Origin: Blastocladiella emersonii ATCC 22665
Taxonomy: Eukaryota; Fungi; Blastocladiomycota
Assembly (NCBI GenBank): GCA_025594325.1
Contig: JANHCV010000007.1
Coordinates: 1,364,001 to 1,428,000 of the forward strand
Length of the DNA: 64,000 nucleotides
Direction of reading: 5' to 3'
The translations under genes were made by a program, and so were the position numbers. The notes under the pieces are model-generated. The model did no database searches and was not told the origin of the DNA. It saw only the letters and a program-made list of their open reading frames with translations. Below, piece by piece: positions 46,901 to 57,525 of this stretch (the stretch's first letter is position 1; every line of letters starts with the position of its first letter).

Positions 46901-47105
46901 TCGAGCTGGCGCGAGACGTTTCAAGCTTGTCAGTTCGCCAACGGCCTTCCTTTGGAGATGCGGTACAGTAGTGGCGGGCAGACATGTACCCAGCCCCGCG
47001 CGTGGGTCGAAGCATGTGACTCGCTTGGGACTTGAATCGACCCCAAACTTGGGCCGTCACACCCCGTCTTGCGTGCTCGCTCCGGTTCTCTCTCTCTCGC
47101 CCTCA

Positions 47106-48740
47106 ATGGCACACGAACGATCCCGCGGCCTGTCCGTCTCCACACTTCATGCAATGCAAACTAATGGACTAAAGCTTTCCGTGGCGGACGTGCTCAAGCG
47201 AATCCTTGTTTATGCCGTCTGGGCCCACGACGACCCCAACGACATCCCTGGTCTCTTGCAATACTCGCGCGTCTTGAGCGAGGAGGTGGCCCCAGCCGTC
47301 CAGCGTGCCATTCTTCAGTGCTCCCCCAAGCTCTCTCCCAACAGCGCCAGCAGCCGTGGAGCCTTGGCTGTCCTCAACAAGTGGGACGCGTCTGGCCTCA
47401 CCTTCAGGCTCTCGCGCCTTGCAATCAGCGGTGCAATCGAGGGCGGCCATCTCTCGACCGTCGAGTGGTGTCGCGACTTGGGTTATCTTCCTGACAAATT
47501 CTATGCGAGCACCCTATCGGGAGTGGCTGCAGCGTTGGGCCCAGAGCGTGTGCTTGGAGCCTCCGATGACCCAGGTTTTGTCATTGATGCTGCTGTCCAT
47601 GAGATCACCGACCAAGTTGCTTCTGGTGCTGTCACGATTCTCGAGTTTCAGTTCAAATCGATTCGCATGGCGGGCATTGACGCCCTCAACCTTGCGTTCG
47701 ACAGTCCGTTGCAGGCAGTCACCGATCTCATCTTCTGCGAAAGCACCATCGACTGGCCTCGCTTCGTTGCGCTCAAGTTGCCTCGCACGCTCACTCGCCT
47801 CAACGTGTATTCTGCCTGGCTTGTCAAACCGCCGAGCTCAGCGGAGTTGCTGCGTTGGTCATGGCCGCCGCAGCTCACGTCATTCGGGCTTCACTTTGCT
47901 GTTCGCGGCGCTTTTCCGTTCCGCACGCTCCCCTCGACGCTCACGGAGCTCGACTTTGCAAACTGTAGCATGAACGACGCGTCCATCATCGACCTGCTCT
48001 CGATACTACCGAAATCGCTTCAGATACTCCAACTTATGGGCAACCAACTTACAGGAGCAGGCTTCACACGTGCGGGACCCCACTTCCCGCCAAGTCTTTT
48101 GGAACTTAACCTCGCGGGCAACCAGCTCAACGTCAACCCTGACAATATCGACTTGAACTGGTGTTTCCCGAGCAGCCTCATCGAGCTCAACGTCTCCACT
48201 AACTATCTCGATGACGCTTCGGCCCACGCGCTCGCCCGCGCGCTCCCTCGCTCTTTGACTTGCCTAAAGATGGTGCGCAACTACTTTGATAAGTCCTCCC
48301 ATTGTGCACTTGCTGCAGCACTTCCTCCCACCCTCGAAACCTTGTTCCTCAACGACATGCACCTTGAAAACAGCGAGCTCCAGTTTTACATCGCGCACTT
48401 CCCAGCGTCCTTGCGCGTGCTTAGTGCAGGGATCAACCCGATTGGCTCGAGCGACTATAAAGCGTTGGTGGAGCACATGCCACCGCGTCTCCAGGAACTC
48501 TGTATTGCATGCGCTCAGGTGGACGACGCTCAACTCAAAGTACTTGTTCCTGCACTGCCGCCTACACTCACGCTCCTTGACTTGAGTACCAACGCCCAAA
48601 TCACTGACGCCAGTGTTGAACTTCTCGCGGGTCACCTGCCATTGGGCCTGCAGAGCCTTTACATTCACTCGACAAGTATCAGTACCCAAGGTCGGGAGAG
48701 TCTGGAAGGTCGAATTGGACCAGGAGTCAACATTTTCTGA
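47106..48740 (+). CDS. Leucine-rich repeat protein (RI-like LPxxLxxLxLxxNxL repeats) with N-terminal module and degenerate ankyrin-like repeats
   Basis: Repeats such as LPKSLQILQLMGNQL, FPPSLLELNLAGNQL and LPPTLTLLDLSTNAQI; intronless ORF. The start could also be 47154. Confidence 0.85.
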   Translation: MAHERSRGLSVSTLHAMQTNGLKLSVADVLKRILVYAVWAHDDPNDIPGLLQYSRVLSEEVAPAVQRAILQCSPKLSPNSASSRGALAVLNKWDASGLTFRLSRLAISGAIEGGHLSTVEWCRDLGYLPDKFYASTLSGVAAALGPERVLGASDDPGFVIDAAVHEITDQVASGAVTILEFQFKSIRMAGIDALNLAFDSPLQAVTDLIFCESTIDWPRFVALKLPRTLTRLNVYSAWLVKPPSSAELLRWSWPPQLTSFGLHFAVRGAFPFRTLPSTLTELDFANCSMNDASIIDLLSILPKSLQILQLMGNQLTGAGFTRAGPHFPPSLLELNLAGNQLNVNPDNIDLNWCFPSSLIELNVSTNYLDDASAHALARALPRSLTCLKMVRNYFDKSSHCALAAALPPTLETLFLNDMHLENSELQFYIAHFPASLRVLSAGINPIGSSDYKALVEHMPPRLQELCIACAQVDDAQLKVLVPALPPTLTLLDLSTNAQITDASVELLAGHLPLGLQSLYIHSTSISTQGRESLEGRIGPGVNIF

Positions 48741-48959
48741 GCGAGCTTCCCTCAACCGCGGTACCAGGTCACTGCAATGGGTGCTCACCTCAAGCACGAA
48801 ATAGCACACGGGCTTTGTGAAAAGAATTGAAAGAATATGTTTACCCATGAATCTAATCAACGAATCTATCATCTTGGAAAAAGGAGAAGTGCTACGCGTG
48901 TCCTCGCTCACGCGTCGCGGCGCGCCACGACGTGCGGCAATATGCGTGACGACGAACAT

Positions 48960-50018
48960 CTTATGAAGCTAGTGGCGGATATCTCGATAACATTTTCCTT
49001 CATGTCGCTTGGGCGCACAGCGAGCATCGAATGTACTCGGGTTTGCCATCTGCTTTGGCCTCTCATCGGAGCTCGCGACGCTTGCTGCGCAGGCCGTGAC
49101 GGGCGCAAAGGACCCGCGCAGGGCCGGCGAGTTTCTGCAGCGCGGGATCCTCATCAACCTGGTACCAGCTCTCCCGATCTCGGCCGTGTGGTACTTTACC
49201 GAGCCGATCCTCGTCGCTGCAGGCCAGGACCGCGAACTCGCGCGCATGGCGGGCCGCTACATTCGCGTGCTGTGGATAGCAATGCCACCGATGCTCGTGT
49301 CCAACTGCGCATTCAAGTTCCTCGCCGCGCAGGGCATCACGCGCGTGCAGCTGCTCGTTTCTCTGGCAGTACTGCCCATGAACGTCGGCCTCGGGTACAC
49401 GCTGAGGCACGCCGATACGCAGCTGCGTATCGGATTTCTCGGAACGGCCGCGGCGAGCGCGGCGTGCGAGTGGATCACCATGCTGCTCACAATTCTGTAC
49501 ATTTGGCGGGTGAACGGGCACCAGTGCTGGACGCCGTGGTCGCGCAACGCGCTTCGCGGGTGGTCGGCGTACATGAAACTCGGGCTGCCGGGCATGGTCA
49601 CGCTGGTTGCCGAATGGTCCATGTTTTCGAGCTCGTCGCACTGGTCGCCGGTCTGATCAGCCCACTCGCACTCGCGTCGCAGGCGGTGCTCGTCAACACC
49701 GTGACCCTTGTATTCATGGTCACCCTGGGCATTTGCGCCGTGACGGCGGCCCGCGTCGGGAATCAGCTAGGTGCGGGCGGCGCCAGCGGGGCGGTCGGCG
49801 CGAGCCACTCGACGGCCATGGCCGTGGTGCTCGGCCTGTGCGGCGCGCTGGTCACGGCCACGCTCACGGTCGTGCTGCAACGCGAGATCCCGCGCGCATT
49901 CACGAGCGATCCTGACGTGGTGGAGCTCGTCGCTGGCGTGATGCCGCTGCTCGCCGTCTTCCAGTTTGTTGGGTCCACGGTCAGCATCATCAACAGCGTG
50001 CTCGATGGGTGCGGCAAG
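48960..50018 (+). pseudogene. MATE-family transporter, frameshifted (T-run 49624-49627) and truncated at both ends
   Basis: GLSSELATLAAQA, FLQRG, KFLAAQG, YMKLGLPG..EWSMF then FELVAL in another frame, RVGNQLGAG, VLDGCGK. The last TMs are missing. The frameshift could be a sequencing error. Confidence 0.75.
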
Positions 50019-50901
50019 ATGTCACGCTCTGTTCATGGCGGCCTCAGCTGGCCCATTTGACTCTCTGCTTCGAAGTCCGAGGCGAGCTCCCGCTGCGTAT
50101 GTTACCTTTGACGCTTACTTGCCTGAATGTCTCGCGCTGCGACATGGACGACGCTTCTGTCGTTGACTTGCTCTCAATTCTGCCGCAGACATTATCGGAG
50201 CTTGGCCTCACCAAAAATAGGCTAACCGGGAAAGGGCTCACGCGCGCCAGCCGGCTACTTCCTTCGCAGCTCCAACGACTTGACCTGATGTGCACCGAGA
50301 TCGCGACGCACACGGATGAGCTGCCATTCGACTGGTCCTTTCCGCCCGGCCTTGCTCACCTTGACGTCTCGTACTGCGGCCAGACTGACGAAGCAGCACA
50401 CGCACTTGCGCGCGCGATTCCCAGCTCGCTGACGTCCTTGAACATCTCGTGCAACGACATTGGCGTGGCGGCGCACCGCGCCATCTCAGCTGCGCTTCCT
50501 CCGTCGCTCGAACGCCTGCATCTTCGCGGTCTGCGCCTCCATACTCCTGGGCTGCTGCGGGAGTATACGGCGCGGGGCTTCCCTGCGGCGCAAATACGCT
50601 GGAAATGGACGACATTTCCGAGCTCATTGCGCACATGCCGCCAGAACTCGAGGAAATGCGACTTGACGACACGAGTCTCACTGATGAAGGATTCGAGCTA
50701 ATTGTTCCAGCGTTACCGGACATGTTGACAGCTCTCGACTTAAGCCAAAACGAGTTGACGGATGCGGTTGCACAGTTACTCGTTGACCGGGGGCTACCAT
50801 GCTTGCGCAGCCTCTGTCTCTTCAAGTGCAGCGTCAGCCCCAGCGGCATCGAATTGCTGCGTCGCAGTATCGCACCTCCTGCGAAGCTGCTCATTTTGTA
50901 A
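50019..50901 (+). pseudogene. 5'-truncated, frameshifted paralog of the 47106-48740 LRR gene
   Basis: SWRPQLAHLTLCFEVRGELPLRMLP..MDDASVVDLLSILP aligns with SWPPQLTSFGLHFAVRGAFPFRTLP..MNDASIIDLLSILP. The frame changes near 50585 and there is no start. Confidence 0.75.
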
Positions 50902-50991
50902 TGATCATAAAAGAAAGTAATTTTGGACGCTCATTTGTACCTCTCTATGATACGGGCGCACCGTCTACGGCACGGAAAATCCACGTCGGTG

Positions 50992-51030
50992 GACGCGTCA
51001 AACAATCATGTGAGAGGCACGTGATGACTC
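50992..51030 (+). promoter_or_regulatory. 39-bp motif copy 3: GACGCGTC-N7-CATGTGA-N3-GCACGTGATG-ACTC
   Basis: See copy 1; lies upstream of GRX5. Confidence 0.7.
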
Positions 51031-51484
51031 CGGCTCGCATTTATCGTCCCGCGTCCGCTCGCCACCACGCAGAGTGGTCTAGTAGAGGTTTTGGATGATG
51101 AAGCAAGAAAATGACGATGGTTGACTCGAACGGGCGTCCCTCCTCATCAAGGCCGAGCTCGCTCCCGAAGCTCTAGCATGCGCGCCGATCGCTCGATGCC
51201 GGGCGTTCTCCAGACATGGCTGGCACCTCAATAATCGCGTTGCATGGAGAGCTTCATTCATTCCGTTCAATTCATCGCGACAGGAGGAGCGAGGAGCGAA
51301 GGACCCACCTTCGCGCAGACCTTCGCGCCCGATCGGAATGACATGTTGTCTCGCGGCACGCATCGCGTGATGACTGAGCCGCGATCTCTCTCCTCTCCCC
51401 TCCCCTCCCCTCCCTCTCTCTCTCTCACCAGCAATTCGCAACGCATCAACCACCCGGCGCAACTCACTGCAACCACCCATCGCA

Positions 51485-52059
51485 ATGCTGTCGTCTCTCC
51501 TCCGCACCACCCGCGCCGCGGCCGCCGTGGCGTCGCGCCCGCGCGTCCTCGGGCTGTCGCCCGCACAGCAGATGCGCCTACTGAGCACCGAGACTAAGAG
51601 CAAGATCGAGGCGGTGCGTGTATTCGGGACGTGATGGATTCCCGCCAGATGTTGACCTGAGAATGGGAGAACGTAGGCGATCAAGTCCAACGACGTGTGC
51701 CTGTTCATGAAGGGCACGCAGGAGCAGCCCATGTGCGGGTTCAGCCGCGCCGCGGTGCAGGTGCTCGAGGTCCAGGGCGTCGAGTCGTTCACGTCCGTCA
51801 ACGTGCTCGCCGACCAGGAGATTCGCGAGGGCATCAAGGAGTTCTCGTACGTTGTGCGCTGCTTGAACGAGCTCAACGGCGTGTGTGCTGACGTCCGACG
51901 TGCGCGTGTAGCGAGTGGCCCACGATCCCGCAGCTGTACGTCAAGGGCCAGTTCATTGGCGGCGCCGACATCATGATCGACATGTTCAAGAGCGGCGAGC
52001 TCGGCGAGCTGCTCGTCAAGGAGGGCGTCATCAAGGCCGTCCCTGAGGAGTCCAAGTAG
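51485..52059 (+). CDS. GRX5: Mitochondrial monothiol glutaredoxin (CGFS type), two introns
   Basis: [20 protein letters not shown]|[20 protein letters not shown]; presequence-like N-terminus. Confidence 0.95.
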
Positions 52060-52201
52060 TGCGTACTCTCGTCTCGGCCTCCGCTTCACGGCCATCTCTG
52101 ACACTCGTGTGCGTGTATGTGTAGATTGCCAGCATCCATTCTATACAACTCTGTGCCCCATCCACACCCACGCACTGCTACTACACCTCCCCCTTCTCCC
52201 G

Positions 52202-53546
52202 CTACTGGATCCCTGCTTCTCGCAGCGAGTTCTGGAGAATCGTGTCCTTGATCGCGGCGAACACGAGCCGGATATTTCCCGTATCCGTCGCGCACACGAG
52301 GTGCGGGTACATCCTCAGCGCGCGCTGCGCGCGGTTGACGGCGACGAACTTGCCGAGGAGGAACCGGACTGCGCGCCCAACATCCGTGTCGCTGCCCGTG
52401 TACTCGGGGAGGTACTTCCGCAGCGGGACGCGCGCGAGTTTCGCGCGGAACACGTCGATCTTGTTGAGGAACAGCAGCACCGAGGCGTCGGCGAACCACG
52501 GCGACGCGACGACGGATTCGAACAGGACTAGGGATTCGGCCAGGCGGTTTGTTGCTGGATCTTCCGCGAGCAGCTGGTCGTACTCGCTCAGCGCCGCGCA
52601 GAAGAGAACGCAGGTCACGCCCGAGAAGTGCGGCAGCCACTTGCGCCGCTCGCTGCGTTGGCCGCCGACGTCGATCAGGCTACACGCGCGGCAGTCGTAG
52701 TCAGTTGGTGGTGTCGGGTGCGGCGGGCGGTACACGTACTGCACTTGCACGGGCCCCATACTGAACCGCGTCTCAGTGAACCCGGTCGTCTTGACGCGCG
52801 CGCGCAGCACGTCGGCCTCGGTCGGAACGTAGCCGGGCTTCGTGATGCGGTGGATGTTGTTGAAGAAGCTACACTCCCGCACCGTCAGCCCTTCATCGCC
52901 CCTCACCTCCCGCGTCGCGCGAACGTACTATCCCGCCGAGTCCGGTAGATAATACTCGCTAGCTCGGGCATGCACCTCGGCCATGATCGGGTCGCGCCAC
53001 AGCGCGTCGACGACCGCCGCGAGGTCGGGGAGGTCCGCCAGCTCGCCCGCCGACGCCGCGGAAACGACGCGGGCGAGCGCAGCCTGGTTCGCAGCGTAGA
53101 CGGGCCGCAGGTCCGTGACGCCGAGCGCGCGCGCCAGCGCGACCAGCGCGTCGGCGACGTTGGCGAGGACCGCGGGGCGGTACGCGGCGAGTTCGGCGGG
53201 CGTGAAGCCGCGTTGGTGTAGGATCTTGATCTGTTTGACGATTGTACTACACGCCGGCGCGAGGTTAGATACGGGCGGACCGCTTGGAGTACGCGAGGGG
53301 GGATGGTACCTCTTGCCGCTCTCGCCAGTCCCTGTCGATCGCGACCATGGTCAGCTTCTGCCACGAACTCACGCGCACGACGCGAGTCAGCGTACCGAGA
53401 AGCAAGATCTTGACCTGCCGCCTGGCCCTTCGCGCGTCTGCGCGGATCTGCGCGTCGATCTTGTGGTTCCTTGCACGGGCCACCGCCGCGGTGGGCGGGC
53501 CGCTGCTGTCGTCGTCGATGGAGGCCGTGGACGCGCAGCCGCCCAT
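52202..53546 (-). CDS. GPA: Heterotrimeric G-protein alpha subunit, multi-exon
   Basis: MGGCAS (myristoyl/palmitoyl site), KILLLG|[42 protein letters not shown]. Confidence 0.95.
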
Positions 53547-53903
53547 TCTCGTTGATCGCGTGTGTGATGCGTGTGCGTATCTCCTCAACTCAACGCCCTG
53601 AGAGAGAGGCCGCCGCTGCCGCCGCCACAGGTGGGCGCAGCAGCGGCATAGAGGCGCAGCGCGTGCGAGGCCGGCGCGGCCGCCGTTGCTGTCGCGAAGC
53701 GCGAGCGAAGCGTGCAGCGGCAGCGGGTTCCCGGGTCGATTGCGCCGGAGGCTCAGCCGTCGCCTCATTCATGGGCCCCATGTGGGCCGGCCGGCCGCCC
53801 CAAACTTTCATGCGTAACCCTCGTTCGCTCACGATCCGAGTTGGACATCAACCGAGCCGTGGACGCCATCTTCGCGACGACGCACAGCGCGGGCAGAGTG
53901 TAT

Positions 53904-55572
53904 TCAGGCCTCGAGGACACGCACACGCGCGCGCTTGACGAGATCCGCCGGCGCGAGGTGGTACATGGCGTCGAACAGGGCGACCTTGAACGACGCGGGT
54001 CCCTTGGCATCCTTGACGGCGAGCTCGCCGGCGATGCACATGGCAAGGATCCCGCCGAGTGCGGCCGCGAGGTGCGCGGGGACGTTGCGCTGGTCGAGCG
54101 CCGCCTTGGCCGCGGGGAGGACGCCCGCGAAACAGCCCGTCAGCGTCGCGGTCGTGCACCCGGTGCCCGTGATCTTGCTGAGCCAGGGCGTGCCGTTGTC
54201 GACGGCGACGACGGTCGTCGAACCGGAGTGGTGGTACGCGATGTAGTCGGTAGCGCCCGACATGGCGACGGCGGCACCCGTGGCCTTGGCGAGGGCCGCA
54301 GCGAGCGCGACACTCGTGGCCTCGCCGCCAGCAACCGCGCCCGAGTCGACACCGCGCTGCTCGACGCTGACGCCCTGGACGTCCGCGAGCGCGGCGATCT
54401 CGCCGGCGTTGCCCTTGATGACGGCGAACTTGACTTCGGCGAGGAGGCGGCGGCAGACGGCGAGGCGGTACGGCGTCGCGCCGGCGCCGACGGGGTCGAG
54501 GACGACGGGGGTGCCACGCGCGTTCGCCGTCTTGCCCGCGGCGATCATGGACTCGACCCAGTCGTCGCTGAGGGTGCCGACGTTGATCACGAGCGCGCTC
54601 GCGAACCCGGCCATGGCCTCGACCTCGTTGCGCGCGTGCGCCATGACGGGCGACCCGCCCATGTGCAGCGCCGCGTTGGCGTTGTCGTTCATGACGACGA
54701 GGTTCGTCAGGTGGTGCACGAGCGGGGCCGGGACGGCGTCGTCGCGCAGCGCGGCCAGGACCGACGCCGCGGCATCCACGAGCTCGCGCGTGCGGTCCGC
54801 CGCGTACGCGGGGGCGACGGGCAGCGCGGCGTGGACGGCGGCCGCGAGCTCGCGCGTCGCCTCGCCCGCGTCGGCCGCGGCCATGATGCAGCTGACGACC
54901 GCGACGCCGTCGAGCTTCTTGGTGGCGGTCGCCGAGTCGCGCAAAACCTCCCCGACGTTCCCAGCGTGCAGCCCGCCGATCGTGCAGAACGGGAGCCCCG
55001 CGGTCGCCGGGTGCGCGGCCGCGTCCGCGAGCATCTTGCGGACGCCCGCGACGCCGAGCGGCTCGAACCCGGGCTTGTGCTTTTTAGTGGCCGTGTCGAA
55101 GACGGCGCAGGTCCCGAGGTAGTTGGCGCCCGCCTCGGCCGCGCGCACCGCGTCGGCGAGCGTGTGCACCGTGACGCCGAGGTACTTGTCGGCGCCCAAG
55201 ATCTGGCGCGCGAGCTTCGGGTCCATGTCGTCCTGCCCAATGTGCACGCCGTCCGCGTCCACGGCCAGAGCGACGTCGATCCGGTCGTTGATGAGCAGCG
55301 GCACGCCGTACTTGTGCGCCAGGGCGCGGACGGCGCGGGCGCGGGTGACGAAGGCGCCCGTGTCGAGCGTCTTCTCGCGCAGCTGGAGCAGCGTCACGCC
55401 GCTATAGTCAGAAGCGAGTTAGCGGGGGTGGTGACGGAGGGAGGGAAGGGAGAGCGTACTTCTTGAGCGCGTCCTCGATCTGCGCGAGGAACGTCGACGT
55501 CTCGGGGACGAGCCCAGAGTCGGTGACGAGGTAGACGGCGAGGTCGAGCGGCGGGCGGTTGGCGAGCGACAT
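53904..55572 (-). CDS. THI6: Bifunctional thiamine-phosphate synthase / hydroxyethylthiazole kinase (one intron near 55.40-55.46 kb)
   Basis: LAVYLVTD, LQLREK, LINDRIDVALA, GVHIGQDD (ThiE); VHHLTN.V, INVGTL, VLDPVGAG, IKGNAGEI, ITGTGC (ThiM). Confidence 0.93.
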
Positions 55573-55748
55573 CTTGTTTGGTTACGTGATACAGAGCGAG
55601 TCCGACTCGGGGGGAGCGCGAGAGCCGGCTGCGAGGACTCTGTTCGGTTATGATCGACGCGGGAAAATCGGATCACGCCAACCCAACAGTCACCCGTCCG
55701 TCACCAAAACTCGCGTGCAACGCAACGCGCCCAGTATATATTTCACGC

Positions 55749-57230
55749 TCAGTACTTGAAGCTGAACTGACGCCCGAGATCGCCAGACGGCGGCTTGGAC
55801 CCGACGAGAAACGCGCCGGGTTTGGGCGCGTACGTCTTGGCGAGGAACGCGTGCGGCGGGTTGGCCGAGTTGATGGACTCGGCGTCCGTCTCGTCCTCGT
55901 CGCCTGCCGCAATGGGTAATGGTGGCGCAGGAGCGCCTGCCTCCTCCTCGGCAATCGCGGGCCCGCGGCCCGACACGGTGCGCGAGCGGACGAGCGGGAC
56001 GGCGAGCGGGAGCGAGGTGCCGAACCGGCTGGTCTCGACGTCGACGGGGCTCGCGTCTTCCTCGTCCTCGTCCTCCTCATCGGCTTCCGAGACGGGCTCT
56101 GGCTGTTGTTGTGGTGGCGCGACGGTCTCACCCTCACCCGCCTCGCCCACCTCCTCCTCGTCGTCGTCGAACGCAAAGATCGAGTCGTCCGCGTCGCTGC
56201 TGCTCGGTGGTGGGCGTGACGAGGACCCCGACGGCGCCGTGAGCGTGCGGCGGCGACGCGCCGGGCGCGCGTCCGCGGACGCCGCAGCCGCGCGCGAGAG
56301 TTCGGATTCGGGGACGAGACTCGCGCTGAGCAGCTCGTCGGCGCGGCCGTTGCGCGCGACGGCTGTCGCGGGTCCCGCAGCAGCAGCCGTCGCGGCGGCA
56401 GTGGACGCGAGCGAGAGAGGCAAGGTGCCGCGACCGAGCAGGCTGCCGACGAGGAGCGGCGGGGCGGTCGCCGACGCGTCCGCGACGCCGTTGGGACCCG
56501 TGGCGGTGCGCGAGCGGGAGCGGGACGTAGACGGCGGCGTGGTGGTAGGCGAGTCGGGCTGGTCCACCGCCGGTGGCGCGTCAGCCGATGACGCGGGTGT
56601 GCCGTAGGCCTCGTCGTCGACGTGGTGGCGGAACCGGACGACGGACGCGAACAGGCAGTCGCGTGCGTTCGCGGCTTGGTCGTCGATGCGCTTGAGCTTA
56701 GCGAGCTCGGCGTCGCGCATAGCGGCGATGCGGGCCTCGGTCGCGGCGGTCTCGCGGGCGACGTGGGCCGAGTACACCGCGTCGAGCTGGGCGAGGACCG
56801 CGCGCAGGTCGGCGTCGAGTTCGGCGCCGGGCCGGTTGGGCCCGAACGAGCGCGACTGCGGGACGAGCACCTTGTACAGTGGCGAGTAGGTGGGTGCGGA
56901 GCGCAGCTGCTCGGCGTCGTGCCCGACCAGGACGGCGCGCGTCAGGACCAGCTTGTGGTCGAGCGGCAGCAGCAGCGGCAGGGACTGCTCGTCGTCGCGC
57001 TCGACGCCGTACACGACGGCGCGGCAGTTGCCGCACTCGAGCCACTTCATGCGGCACGCGTCCGGGTCGTGCACCGACGTGAGTGTCGGGTACTCGACCT
57101 GGATCGAGTGCGGCACGCAGGTGGCCGAGTAGCCCGCGAACCGGCCGTCCTGCACCTCGAACGCCGTGTCGGCCGCCTCGGCGAGCTGCAGCGTCACGTT
57201 GCCGCACTTGCACGACGCAAGCTGGGCCAT
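55749..57230 (-). CDS. Unknown protein, PRAS40/Lobe-like architecture (N-terminal Cys cluster, coiled coil, TOS-like motif, SLP motif)
   Basis: MAQLASCKCGNV..LECGNC; ETAATEARIAAMRDAEL coiled coil; SIFAFDDDEEE; FGTSLPLAVP. The ORF is solid; the family assignment is tentative. Confidence 0.55.
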   Translation of the reverse strand: MAQLASCKCGNVTLQLAEAADTAFEVQDGRFAGYSATCVPHSIQVEYPTLTSVHDPDACRMKWLECGNCRAVVYGVERDDEQSLPLLLPLDHKLVLTRAVLVGHDAEQLRSAPTYSPLYKVLVPQSRSFGPNRPGAELDADLRAVLAQLDAVYSAHVARETAATEARIAAMRDAELAKLKRIDDQAANARDCLFASVVRFRHHVDDEAYGTPASSADAPPAVDQPDSPTTTPPSTSRSRSRTATGPNGVADASATAPPLLVGSLLGRGTLPLSLASTAAATAAAAGPATAVARNGRADELLSASLVPESELSRAAAASADARPARRRRTLTAPSGSSSRPPPSSSDADDSIFAFDDDEEEVGEAGEGETVAPPQQQPEPVSEADEEDEDEEDASPVDVETSRFGTSLPLAVPLVRSRTVSGRGPAIAEEEAGAPAPPLPIAAGDEDETDAESINSANPPHAFLAKTYAPKPGAFLVGSKPPSGDLGRQFSFKY

Positions 57231-57525
57231 TTTGGGCGAAATGATGCGTTGCAGGTCAGACAGGTTGTTGATGGCGTTGCTCCACTGGCGGTGAGGGGGG
57301 AGAGGGAGGAAGGGACGACCGCGAACTCTGAGCGCTTCGCGTCGCGAGGCGAAAGTGGCGCCGCGTGGCTTGCCGTCCGCCTGCCACGCCTGTCGAGCTC
57401 CACGGCGGCTCTCCGATCTTGTTGAGCCGCTCCTCCCACGGCTGCCGACCCGAGCGCAGCGAGGACGACGACGACGTAGCCCGTCTGCAATACCCCACAC
57501 CCGCTGCAACGTAACACGCACCACC

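Noticed and set aside
42300-51200. Island as an autonomous transposon, Starship or endogenous virus
   Set aside because: No transposase, RT, Helitron Rep/helicase, tyrosine recombinase, capsid or terminal repeats/TSD could be recognised in the window.
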